Assembly: GCA_963825175.1 (NCBI GenBank)
Contig: CAWGSA010000001.1
Coordinates: 50,576-114,575, forward strand
Source of the DNA: an uncultured Acidobacteriota bacterium
GTDB lineage: Bacteria; Acidobacteriota; Thermoanaerobaculia; UBA5066; Gp7-AA6
Direction of reading: 5' to 3'
Length of the DNA stretch: 64,000 nt
In this document: piece after piece, positions 37,034 through 48,555 of the stretch
Layout of the letters: each line of letters opens with the position of its first letter
How positions within the stretch are numbered: position 1 is the first letter of the stretch
The notes under the pieces: generated by a model
The model's input: the letters and a program-made list of their open reading frames with translations, nothing else
What the model was told of the DNA's origin: nothing
Databases searched by the model: none
Translations under genes and position numbers: made by a program

Positions 37034-37582
37034 ATGCCCTTGACACCCGCCGAGCGATCCGCTGCCGAGGCCGAGCTGACCGCATCCCGAGGACGGATGC
37101 TCGCCGCGCTCTCCGGGCTCTCCGACGAAGAATGGGGCGCCCGGCGGTCTCCGGAAGGCTGGTCCATCGCCGAATGCGCCGAGCACATCACCGCCGCCGA
37201 GCTGCCGATGGCCCGATTCGTCGAAGCAGCGAGCCCCGGGCCTCCCTGGGACGACGGGCCCGCCCGCGACGAGGCGGTGCGCCGCTTGATCCGCGACCGT
37301 TCGCAACGCGCGGAAGCTCCCGAGCGGGTCCGGCCGAAGGGCCGGTGGATGAGGAACGCGGAGATCGTGCGGACCTTCGAGGAGCGGCGGCGGGCCAACA
37401 TCGAGTACGTCCGGACGACCCAAGAGGACCTGCGCGGCCGGTTTCTTCCTCACCCCTTCGCCGGCCGGATCGACTGCTACCAGTGGATCCTGTCACTGGC
37501 GGCGCATACCGAGCGCCACACGGCGCAGATCGAGGAGATCCGGCGGGACTCAGGACTCGAAAGGACGACTGGCGAAACTTGA
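37034..37582 (+). CDS. DinB-family (DinB_2) protein
   Basis: 182 aa with WSIAECAEHI ... LSLAAHTERHTAQIEEI, the His triad pattern of DinB-like four-helix bundles. Confidence 0.75.
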   Translation: MPLTPAERSAAEAELTASRGRMLAALSGLSDEEWGARRSPEGWSIAECAEHITAAELPMARFVEAASPGPPWDDGPARDEAVRRLIRDRSQRAEAPERVRPKGRWMRNAEIVRTFEERRRANIEYVRTTQEDLRGRFLPHPFAGRIDCYQWILSLAAHTERHTAQIEEIRRDSGLERTTGET

Positions 37583-37625
37583 ACTTCGAACTTTGAACTT
37601 TGAACTTTGAACTTCGAACTTCTAC
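37577..37625. repeat. Heptamer array (CTTYGAA)x6-7 filling the convergent dinB/glnK gap
   Basis: acttgaa cttcgaa ctttgaa ctttgaa ctttgaa cttcgaa cttctac. It contains the dinB TGA stop (37580-37582) and abuts the glnK TAG stop (37622-37624). Confidence 0.9.
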
Positions 37626-37972
37626 GCGACCGGCGTGACCGCGGCCTGATCCTCCTCGCCCGTCCGGATTCGGTAGACCTTCTCGACCGGGAGCACGAAG
37701 ATCTTTCCGTCTCCGACGGTTCCGGTGCGCGCGGCCTGCAGGATGGCGTCGACGGTCGGTTTCACGAAGTGGTCGGAGACGCCGATCTCCAGTCGAACCT
37801 TCTCCGAGAGCTCCATCTTGACGGTCGTGCCGCGATACGTCTCGACACGCTCCGTTTCGCCGCCGTGGCCCTCGACGCGGTGAATCGTGAGCCCGCGCAC
37901 CTCCGCCCGAAAGAGGGATTCGAGGACATCGTTCAATTTTTCCGGCCGGACGACGGCCACCACGAGCTTCAG
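37622..37972 (-). CDS. glnK: P-II nitrogen regulatory protein
   Basis: Collinear with E. coli GlnK from residue 2: KLVVAVVRPEKL...T-loop GHGGETERVETYRG...GDGKIFV..V.RIRTGE. The track start is GTG 37963. Homology places the initiator at CTG 37972, overlapping the amtB TGA stop. Confidence 0.9.
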   Translation of the reverse strand: MKLVVAVVRPEKLNDVLESLFRAEVRGLTIHRVEGHGGETERVETYRGTTVKMELSEKVRLEIGVSDHFVKPTVDAILQAARTGTVGDGKIFVLPVEKVYRIRTGEEDQAAVTPVA

Positions 37973-39260
37973 GAGGCGCCTCCACCCGGCGCGAGAACGG
38001 GCGTCGCCACGGCCGGCACGGGCAGCGGCGCGTCGGGGAGAACCAGAATGGCCCCTTCGCCCCGCGTGTACGCCTCTTCGCCGTGCTGCGTGACGTCGAG
38101 GCCCAGCCCTTCCTCGCGCGCGGCGGCCCGCAGCGGAACGGCCAGAGCCAGGAGCTTCAGGATCCCCCAGGTCATCCCCGCGCTGTAGACGATCGTGGCC
38201 GCGACGCCGGCAGCCTGGATCGCCAGCTGTCGGGGATTACCGAACAGCAGACCGTCGGCGACCCCGTTCCACGCCTTCTGGGCCAGCACTCCCGTCAGCA
38301 ACGCTCCCACCGTCCCGCCCACGCCGTGCGCGGCAACGACGTCGAGCGAGTCATCCAGCCGGGTCCGCGCCCGCCACAGCAGGGCGAAGTAGCTGGGAAA
38401 GGCGGCCACGGCGCCCAGGAAAATCGCCGACATCGGAGAGACGTAGCCCGCGGCGGGAGTGACTGCCACCAGGCCCACGACGATCGCGGTGGCCGCGCCC
38501 ACGGCGGTGGCCTTTCCGGATCGCCGCAGGTCGAGCAGCGTCCACACGGCCAGCGTAGCCACCGGCGCCAGCATCGTGTTGCCGAAGGCCAGGGCCGCGA
38601 TCGGGCTCGGCGGCCAGGGCGCTGCCGGCGTTGAAGCCGAACCAGCCGAACCACAGGAGCCCCGCCCCCAGAAGCGTGAAGGGGACGTTGTGCGGCAGGA
38701 TGGCCTGGCGCGCGTAGTCCTTGCGCGGGCCGAAGAACCAGAGCCGCGACCAGGGCCGCGGCCGCGGCGTTGACGTGCACGACCGTGCCGCCGGCGAAGT
38801 CCAGGGCGCCGAGCGTCGAAAGCCATCCCCCGCCCCACACCCAGTGCGCGACCGGAGCGTAGACGGCGATTCCCCACAAGAACAGGAAGGCCAGATATGG
38901 GCCGAAGCGCATGCGCTCGACGATCGCGCCCGAGATCAGCGCCGCGGTGATGATCGCGAACGTCCCCTGATAGGAGAAGAAGAGCAGATGCGGAATGGAG
39001 CCCTGCGCCTCCAGGCCCACGCCGCGCAAGAACGCGTGCGCGCCGCCGCCGATCCAGGGCAGTCCGGGGGCGAAGGCGAGCGAGTAGCCGATCAGGGCCC
39101 ATCCGATCCCGACGAAACCGAGAGCGGACACACTCATCATCATCGTGTTCAGCGCGTTCTTGGAGCGGACCAGTCCTCCGTAGAAGAAGCCGAGAGCCGG
39201 AGTCATGAGGAGGACCAGAGCGGTGGCCACGAGCATCCAGGCGGTGTCGGCGGATTTCAT
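37969..39260 (-). pseudogene. amtB: Ammonium transporter (Amt family), two frameshifts near 38731 and 38610
   Basis: [57 protein letters not shown]|[41 protein letters not shown]|[28 protein letters not shown].. The sequence runs through all three frames (track ORFs 38295..39260 and 37969..39318, plus an unlisted middle piece). Confidence 0.88.
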
Positions 39261-39643
39261 GCGAAAAAAGGTAGCAGCCTCCGTTTTGCCTGTCTATAGA
39301 AAAATGCGAAAACTGCAAACTTTGATAGTCAACTTCACGAAATTATCGCCCAGCTGAGATATTCGACATCATGATCGAGCACTTTCTGCAGGATTCCTCA
39401 ATCACTGTAGACAGGACGAAGCCGCCTTTCGGGGCAGCGTTCGGGCCGCCGGACCCGGTCGGCGACGCTCCTTTGCACAACTCCCTGTGCAGCGCGCGCC
39501 CAAATCACGGAGCGGAAAGAAGAAAGCGGCCGCTCGAAGAAAAAGAAAAAAACTTCACGCCATCTTCATGTACATTTCGCCTGACATTCCCGACGGTGCG
39601 ACAAAAATCCGCGGCGCTCAGAACCGATGAGAGGAGGAGTTCG
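39261..39643. promoter_or_regulatory. Long divergent intergenic region (amtB / TonB-dependent receptor) with an AT-rich island and a polypurine tract
   Basis: 39285-39420 is conspicuously AT-rich for this sequence (tgtctatagaaaaatgcgaaaactgcaaactttgatagtcaacttcacgaaattatc). The inverted repeat cctgtcta.ag occurs at 39288-39299 and 39404-39414. A polypurine run gaaagaagaaagcggccgctcgaagaaaaagaaaaaaac lies at about 39513-39552. No promoter consensus could be assigned confidently. Confidence 0.4.
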
Positions 39644-42599
39644 ATGAGACGAGGTGTGCTTGCTCGATGGCGGGCGGGTTTCCTGACGGCCCTGGCGGCG
39701 GTCGTGATCGGAGGTTCTGCCGTGGCGCAAACCGACGTCACCACCAGCCGCATTTCCGGAACGGTGAAGGATGTGGACCAGGGCGCCCTTCCCGGGGTCA
39801 CGGTCGAAGCAAAGAATCAGGGGACCGGCTTGATCGCGACGGCCGTCACGCGCAGCGACGGCTTCTACCAGGTGATCAATCTGCCGACCGGGGTCTACAC
39901 GCTGACGGCGACCATTTCCGGATTCCGGACCGCGACCCGGTCCAACGTCCGCGTGGACATCGGCACGGTCCCCACGGTCGACTTTCAGCTCCAGCTCGCC
40001 AACGTGAGCGAATCCGTCACCGTGACCTCGACGGCCGCCGTCGTGGAGAGTCACGCGCACCGAGGCCGCGACCACGATCCAGACCGAGCAGCTGAAGTCG
40101 CTTCCCTTGAACGGGCGCAACTATCAGGACCTGGTGCTCCTGACGCCCGAGACGCGCAAGGACCCGGAGAGCCGCGGGACGGTGCTGGTGTCCGGACAGC
40201 GCGGCATCAACACGAACACGACCGTCGACGGCCTGGACTACGACAACGGGTTCTTCGGCGGAACGTTCGGCTCCGCCGAGGGACGGGCTCCCCTGTCGAT
40301 CTCCCAGGAGTCGATCAAGGAATTCAGCGTCATCCGCAACGGCGCTTCCGTCGAGTTCGGCCCGTCGGGCGGCGGGGCCATCAACCTGATCACCAAGAAC
40401 GGCACCAATGAGCTGCACGGCTCCGGCTTCTATTACATCGAGCCCCACTCGACGACGGCCAAGCTCGCCAATGGCGCCGAGGCATCGGACCAGAAGAAGC
40501 AGCAGTACGGCGGCTCGGTCGGCGGGCCCATCTTGCGCGACCACCTCTTCTATTTCGCCTCCTACGACCAGCAGAAACAGAACATCGGCATCCCCGTCAA
40601 CTCGGTCGTGCTCGATCCGGACATCGCGGCCAAGTACCCCGCGTGGGCGTCGGATCCGACCTTCGTGCAGACCACGGACGGCCGCGTGCTCTTCGGCCGG
40701 ATCGACTACCAGGTCTCGGGGTCCCAGCGCCTGATGGGCCGCGTCAACTACGCCCAGTACGAAGGGGACCACGGAACGTCGGGCGCACAAACGCAATCGA
40801 GCGGACACAACGGCATCGAGGGAATGCAGTCGCACGCCTACGTCGGCTCCTGGACCAGCCAGTGGGGCTCGAGCCTCTTGAACGACTTCAACGCCCAGTA
40901 CCTCCTGGAACAAACGCCGCGCGCCCAGATCCCCCCGGATCTGCCGGAGATCCGCTACGGCAGCTTCAGCTTCGGCAGCGTCAGCTTCCTCCCGATCGTC
41001 TCGACGGCGGACCGCATCTCCTTCGGCGACACCGGGACCTATCTGCTCAAGAACCAGGTCATCAAGGCCGGCGCCGAGTACAACAAGACCTCGATCAGCC
41101 AGATCTTCAAGGGCAACTGGCGCGGCGTCTACGTCTTCGCCGGCAACAACAAGGCCAACCTCCTGGCCGGTAAGTGGACCCAGTACTTCCAGTTCGGCGG
41201 ATTGAACGGCCTGACCGCCGACGAAGCCGGAACCGCGTCGTTTGCGCAGAAGGAGCTCGCCTTCTTCGTCCAGGACCAGTGGTTCATTACGCCCAAGCTG
41301 ACCGCGACCGTCGGCGTCCGCTACGAGCGGCTCAACAACCCCGACAATCCGATCCTGAATTCCAACGACGTGCTCTCCAGCGGCGCCTTCGCCCTGGATG
41401 GGCAGGTCCCCGACCAGAACAACAAGTGGTCGCCGCGCGTCGGGTTCACCTACTCGCCCGATGCCAAGACGGCCGTCCGCCTCTCGGCCGGGCGGTTCTG
41501 GGCCCGCACTCCGGGCATTCTTTTCTCGCAGCTCCTGACCTCCAACGGCCTGCAGGGCACGCAGTACACCGTCAACGCCGCGGCCAGCGGACCGACCGAT
41601 CCCCTCTCACCGGGCTGGGGCGCGAACTTCGATCCCACCGGCGTCGCGAAGATCGACTTCTCCAAGGTTCCCAACCCGACCGGTCTGGGCGTGTTCACGA
41701 CCAGCCCGAACTACAAGGATCCCGTGACCAACCGCATCACGTTGGGAATCGACCGCGAGGTCTTCGCTGGAACCGCCGCGGGCATCGAGGCCACTTATGC
41801 CAAGGCCCAGAACCTCGAGCGCCTCAACGATCCGAATCTGGTCTATTGCACCAGCAACACCGCGCCCGGCTGCGTCGATCCGACCAACAAGATCATGGAC
41901 TCCACCGGTCACTCGATCGTCAATGGCCAACCGGTCTATTCGACGGTCCGTCCCGACCCGTTCTACGGCCGAATCTCCACCTACACGACCGACGCCACCT
42001 CCAAGTACGAGGCGGTGACCTTCAATCTCCAGCACCGGTTCACCCAGGATCTCCAGTTCTTCGTCGCGGCGACGTGGTCGGAAGACAAGGACAGCGATTC
42101 CAACGAGCGCAACTTCGCCGGCGCCCAGGCCGAGGACCTGCACAACCTCAACGGAAGCTACAGCTGGTCCAACCGGGATCAGCGTTGGAAGATCGCGGCC
42201 AACGCGAACTGGAATACGCCGTGGTGGGGCATCGGGCTCTCCGGGACGTACCGCTTCAACACCGGCTCGCCCTACACGGCCACGACCGGCGCCGACACGA
42301 ACCGCGACGGGTTCTTCAACGATCGCCCCACGATCGCAGGGGACCATTTCGCCCGAAACTCCTTCCGGCAGCCGGACTTCTACCAGCTCGATTTCCGACT
42401 GGCCAAGACCTTCAACATCGGGCCGGCGGGCCTGACCGCAATCGTCGAGTGCTTCAACTGCACCAACACGGGAAACAAGTCCGTGACCAACACGACCTGG
42501 GGCATCGGCCAGACTCCGTCCTCCCCGACCTTCGGCGTCGCCAACGCCGTGACCACGCTGCCGCGAACGCTGCAGTTCGCCGGACGGGTGGACTTCTAG
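39644..42599 (+). pseudogene. TonB-dependent receptor with N-terminal carboxypeptidase-regulatory-like domain; frameshift near 40052
   Basis: ATG 39644 behind GAGGAGGAG. Signal peptide MRRGVLARWRAGFLTALAAVVIGGSAVAQ. CarboxypepD_reg-like segment ISGTVKD..GALPGVTVEAKN..TG....VTRSDGFYQV.NLP.G.Y. The plug region ..VVES|TRTEAATTIQTEQLKSLPLNGRNYQDL.. continues in track ORF 40107..42599. The C-terminal barrel ends RTLQFAGRVDF. Confidence 0.88.
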
Positions 42600-42623
42600 G
42601 ACGAGGAACGCTTCGAGTCTCGG

Positions 42624-42659
42624 AAGGGCGGGGGGAACGATCCTCCCGCCCTTTTCATT
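42624..42659. terminator. Bidirectional intrinsic terminator between the TonB-dependent receptor and ldcA
   Basis: Stem gggcgggggg (42626-42635), loop aacgat, stem cctcccgccc (42642-51), with one mismatch, followed by ttttcatt. Confidence 0.7.
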
Positions 42660-42702
42660 GCTCGGGAGGCGGGAGGCGGCCGAGGGCGGTGAGGATCCCG
42701 CT

Positions 42703-43773
42703 CTAGGCTGGTACCGTCGCTGGCTCCACGATCTTCACCTTCTGCGCGCCGGAGTCGAGCTCGGCTTCGACGCCGATGGGGAGCGTCACTTTCTCCTTGC
42801 TGTGGCCGAAGACGAGGCCGGCGAGGACGGGCTTGCCGAGCGGACCCAGGATCTCCTCGACGAGATCGGAGATCGAAAGGTTGACCTCGAAGCTCGATTT
42901 GGCCGGTGTGCACTCGGTGCACGTTCCCCACACGATCCCGGCGGCCTCCTGGAGCTTGCCGGCGAGCTTCAACTGGGTGAGCATCCGGTCGATGCGGTAG
43001 GGCGCTTCGCCGGTGTCCTCGAGGAAGAGGAGCTTCCCCTTCGTCTCGATCTCGTACGGCGTTCCCATCGTGGTCGAGATGAGCGTCAGGTTGCCGCCGG
43101 CGATCGTGCCGCGGGCCTTCCCGGACGTCACAGTATGGACGGGGAACTGAGGCGAAAGAGGATCGTCCTCCGGGGGGTTGAGCAGCTCGCCGATGGGTTC
43201 CGGCGCCATCAGGGCCTTCTTCAAGTTCTCGAGCGTCCAGGGCGGGAGCGCCGAGAGGGCCACCGGGCCGTGAAAGGTGACCAGCCCGGCCCTCTTCGTC
43301 AGGGCCAGGTGCAGGCCGGTGATGTCCGAGTAGCCGAGAAAAACCTTGGGGTGCTTGCGGACGAGATCGTAGTCGATCGCGTCGAGGAGCCGCTCGGTCC
43401 CGTATCCGCCTTCCAGGCAGAAGACGCCGGCGATCGAGGGATCCGCGAACATCGCGTGAAGATCGTCCAGCCGCTCCTTCTCGGTCCCGGCCATGTATCC
43501 GTGGCGGCTCCTGATGTTGCGGCCGAGGCGGCACTTCAAGCCCAGGTCCGCCTCGATCCGGGCGACGGCCTGCTCGATCTTCCAGGTGTCGAAGACGTAG
43601 GACGACGGCGCGATGAGCCCGACCGTGTCGCCTGGCTTCAACGCCCGGGGCTTGATCATCGGACGGACCGCCGCGGGGGCGGGCGTCGGAGTCTTCTTCG
43701 GTGTCGCTCCGAGGGTCCAGATGCCGGCGCTGGCGGTTCCGGCAATTTCAAGAAACTGTCTTCGCGTCTTCAT
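42703..43773 (-). CDS. ldcA: LD-carboxypeptidase (peptidase S66), Tat-type signal
   Basis: 356 aa. MKTRRQFLEIAGTASAG (twin-Arg). Motifs VGLIAPSS, GYMAGTEKERLDDL, GGYG, FLGYSDITGLH and FGHS, an LdcA-like Ser-His-Glu arrangement. Confidence 0.85.
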   Translation of the reverse strand: MKTRRQFLEIAGTASAGIWTLGATPKKTPTPAPAAVRPMIKPRALKPGDTVGLIAPSSYVFDTWKIEQAVARIEADLGLKCRLGRNIRSRHGYMAGTEKERLDDLHAMFADPSIAGVFCLEGGYGTERLLDAIDYDLVRKHPKVFLGYSDITGLHLALTKRAGLVTFHGPVALSALPPWTLENLKKALMAPEPIGELLNPPEDDPLSPQFPVHTVTSGKARGTIAGGNLTLISTTMGTPYEIETKGKLLFLEDTGEAPYRIDRMLTQLKLAGKLQEAAGIVWGTCTECTPAKSSFEVNLSISDLVEEILGPLGKPVLAGLVFGHSKEKVTLPIGVEAELDSGAQKVKIVEPATVPA

Positions 43774-43797
43774 GCTCCGATTAGAGCAGAAGACCGA

Positions 43798-43825
43798 GCT
43801 TCCGCCTTCCGCCTTCCGCCTTCCG
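43798..43825. repeat. Heptamer array (CCTTCCG)x4, read as CGGAAGG on the minus strand, abutting dispersed-element copy B, about 25 nt upstream of the ldcA start
   Basis: gcttccg ccttccg ccttccg ccttccg, read directly. Confidence 0.9.
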
Positions 43826-43964
43826 TCGCTTCCGCTCGACCGGGATCTGCGCTTCGCGCACCGGCGGTCCGCTCGGCCGGATGCGGCCTCGACGGCCCGC
43901 CTGATCCCTCCCTCGCTCTCGCTCCCGCGGCGCGCCTCCTCCCCTCTGGGAGACTTCGCGCGCC
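43823..43964. repeat. Copy B of the roughly 150-nt dispersed intergenic element (partner at 18436-18589)
   Basis: Core 43857-43925 matches copy A except for one g/a difference (manual alignment). Confidence 0.85.
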
Positions 43965-44061
43965 GCGAGCTTAAAGACGAGTACTCCGGATTCGAGAATT
44001 CTCTTGACTAAGGTTTGAGGGAGCGGTTTTCTTTCGACGCCTTCCGCCTCACGCCTCACGC

Positions 44062-44613
44062 TTAGAAGATCACGCCCAGGTTCACGGGCACGAACGTGAA
44101 GCGGCTCCCGCCGGAACGGACGCTGTCGGAAAAGCGGTCGCCGTTGGTCGAGACGCTCGTGTACCGGGCCTCGATGAACAGACGGCTGTTGGAGCCGCTC
44201 AGTGGGAAGGCCAGACCTCCGCCGGCGTTCCAGCCGAACCGCGTGGTGCGGTCGGAGAACGTGTTGTTGGTCAGGTCTTCGCCGTGGAACCGCAGGTCGT
44301 AGGCCCCCACGCCGCCGATGAAGTACGGCTCGACGGATGTGCCGCGCGGCCCCGCCACCACGTCGTTGCTCTTGGTGTCCATGTGATGGTACGAGCCGTC
44401 GACCCGCAGGCTGACCGGCGACGCGCCGAAGTTGATGGGGACGAGGAGGCTGCCGTTCCAGCCCGTCTTGTAGGCATCCTTCTGGTCCTGAACCGGGAAA
44501 TCCGCGTCGCCGGAAATCCCCACGTGGACGGATCCAATTCCTTGAGCCCGAGCCGCCGACGCTGTCGCGAAAAGTAACAAGGCCGCGCACACACCGACAG
44601 AAATCCGCTTCAT
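44062..44613 (-). CDS. Small outer-membrane beta-barrel protein (OmpW/OmpA-barrel-like)
   Basis: 183 aa. Signal peptide MKRISVGVCAALLLFATASAARA. Alternating hydrophobic beta-strand pattern and a C-terminal ..VPVNLGVIF (terminal Phe). Confidence 0.75.
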   Translation of the reverse strand: MKRISVGVCAALLLFATASAARAQGIGSVHVGISGDADFPVQDQKDAYKTGWNGSLLVPINFGASPVSLRVDGSYHHMDTKSNDVVAGPRGTSVEPYFIGGVGAYDLRFHGEDLTNNTFSDRTTRFGWNAGGGLAFPLSGSNSRLFIEARYTSVSTNGDRFSDSVRSGGSRFTFVPVNLGVIF

Positions 44614-44758
44614 GGTGCCTCCTGAGGCCAGCGATCACACAGTCCGCGCGCCGGTCACGCGCCGCGCGCGCCGTCCGGCACGGCGCCAGAGAGTGCAAGG
44701 GAAGTGCCGCAGGAGAGAACGGAAAAGACGGAATAAACGGAAACGAGGACTTATCTAG

Positions 44759-44814
44759 TCACGCCTCACGCCTCACGCCTCACGCCTCACGCCTCACGCC
44801 TCACGCCTCACGGT
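44759..44814. repeat. Heptamer array: 7 perfect plus 1 degenerate copies of TCACGCC (TGAGGCG register on the minus strand)
   Basis: Counted base by base from 44759 to 44814. It lies about 95 nt downstream (minus strand) of the M28 gene stop. Confidence 0.95.
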
Positions 44815-44909
44815 TTGACCGCCAACGCCTTCTTCCTCGCCTCCTCGAAGACTGGGCCGCGGCGCTCGCTCACTGCGAGCGGCGCCCGGACTTCTCACCC
44901 GAGGGCTTC

Positions 44910-46595
44910 TCAGTGAGGCGCGGTCGCCGCCAGGGCCTTCTTTCGAGCGGCCTCGAACTCGTCGCCTTTGTTCCAGTACGGCATCGGGTCGGCGTCGGCG
45001 ACGGCGACGCCCAGATAGAAGTCGATCTGAAGATCTTCCACCGCGCCGGCGAGGTTCCAGCTGTCGCGGTACTCGTCGGACGGCTGGTGGTAGTCGGTCT
45101 TCTCGTAGTTCTGGATCTGCGTCTCGCCCCAGCCCGCGGGGTGGCCGACGAAGTCCGTGCCGGAGTCGAAGTACGCCGCCGGCACGCCGATCTTGGCCAG
45201 ATTGAACTGGTCGGAGCGGTAGAAGTGCCCCTTGTCGGGGAAGGGATCGGCTTCACCACTCTCCCCTGCGTCGCCAGGATCGACCGGATCGTGGCGTCGA
45301 GGGACGACTTGCCGAAACCGATCATCGAGACGTCCTTGGTCTTTCCCCAGATGTTGACCTCGTCGATGTTGATGTTCGCGGCGATGTCGCCGGCCGGCAC
45401 CGGCGGATGCTTGGCCAGGTACTCGGAACCCAGGAGACCCTGCTCCTCGGCCGTGACCGAGGCGAACAGGATGGTCCGCCGGGGAGGCTTGGGCAGCGCG
45501 GTGTACGCGCGCGCGATCGCCAGCAGGGCCGCAACGCCCGACGCGTTGTCCCGCGCGCCGTTGTAGATGGCGTCGGCCCCCGGCTGCGCCCCCTTCTTGA
45601 CTCCGAGGTGGTCGTGGTGCGCGGTGTAGAGGACGACCTGCGGTGCGAGCCGGGGATCGCTTCCGGGCAGCTTGCCGAGGACGTTTCCGCTCTCGGTTTT
45701 CTCGATCTCGTTGTCGGTGGAGAGCGACAGACGCACACCGAGCGGCACGGGCCGGAATTCGCGCTTCTGCGCCAGCAGCCCGCAGGCTGTCGAGATTCTT
45801 GCCGCCGAGCTCGGCGATCTTCTTGGACGCCTCGTCCGTCGCCCACATCTTCATCTGGACGCGCGGGGCCGCCTTCGTCGGGCAGCTCGTACAGCTCGCC
45901 GGCCCAGGACGTCTGAATGACGTTCCAGCCGTAGCCGGCAGACGGCGTGGTGTGGATGATGATCGCGCCGGCCGCGCCCTTCTTGGCGGCCTGCTCGTAC
46001 TTGTAGTCCCAGCGGCCGTACCAGAGGCGCGTCTTGCCGGCGAAGAGCTTGGGATCGTCCTCCGGATCGTTGTTCATGATCAGGAGGACCTTCCCCTTGA
46101 CGTCCACGTCCTTGAAGTCGTCCCACTGGTACTCGGGCGCCACGATGCCGTAGCCGACGAACACGATCTCCGCGTCGGCGATCTCCGCCCGCGGCTGCTG
46201 CACGCCGGGGAAGGCCATGAATTCGTCGCGGTACTTGAAGGACGCCGTGCGGCCTTCCGGGCCGGCCACCGTCAACGTCTCCGGCACTTTCGGCGTGATG
46301 CCGACGAGCGGAACCTTCTGGACCCAGCCTCCGCCGGGCGCCGCGGGCTTCAGGCCTATCGCTCGAACTGCGCGGCGACGTACTCCCGGGCCAGCGCGTC
46401 TCCCCGGGTCGCCGGCCCCCGGCCTTCCAGGAGATCCGAGGCGAGAAACTTCGTGTGCGCGGCGATCGCCTCGGGAGTGATCGCCGCGGCGGCTGACCGC
46501 GCCGCCGGACCGACGACGGCGGCGGACGAGCCGCTCCTGGGAGGGGCCGCGGGCGGCGAGGCGAGAAGCAGCACGAGGCCAACGACAGGAGCCAT
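44910..46595 (-). pseudogene. M28-family aminopeptidase with PA domain; at least 4 frameshifts (about 46360, 45865, 45781, 45250)
   Basis: ATG 46595 behind GGAGGTGA. The reconstructed protein reads MAPVVGLVLLLASPPAA..HTKFLASDLLEGRGPATRG..AAQFER|IGLKPAAPGGGWVQKVPLVG..IVFVGYGIVAPEYQWDDFKDVDVKGKVLLIMNNDP..|RVQMKMWATDEASKKIAELGGKNLDSLRA|LLAQKREFRPVPL..LYTAHHDHLG..YNGARDNASGVAALLAIAR..ILFASVTAEEQGLLGS..|DPFPDKGHFYRSDQFNLAKIGVPAAYF.. It is spread over track ORFs 46356..46598, 45322..46605, 44910..45854 and 44870..45748. Confidence 0.85.
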
Positions 46596-46689
46596 CACGG
46601 TTCACCTCCCAGGAAACGAGGCGACGCTAGCACTGCCGGTTCGGGGCGGTCAAGATTCCGGGGACGGCGCGCCGCGAGACGATCGGCGG

Positions 46690-48412
<1,723 letters not shown>

Positions 48413-48555
48413 GAGAGCCTCCTTGGACCTGTTGTCAGCCACGGACGCTAACACGGCCCGCGCCGTGATCAAACGCCGGAATCCGAGGACGGAGCCCGGG
48501 GGATTTGATGTAAGACGGCAGCCCGCGGCAAAGGATTACACGGGAGCCGGACGGG

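Noticed and set aside
39371-39643. Cobalamin or other riboswitch upstream of the TonB-dependent receptor; sigma-54 promoter upstream of amtB
   Set aside because: I found no B12-box-like sequence and no GG-N10-GC element with correct spacing. ORF 39371.. upstream of ATG 39644 looks non-coding.
44759-44814. Short tandem repeat arrays considered as CRISPR arrays
   Set aside because: The units are 7-8 nt with no spacers, there are no cas genes, and the arrays are under 60 nt. They are not CRISPR.
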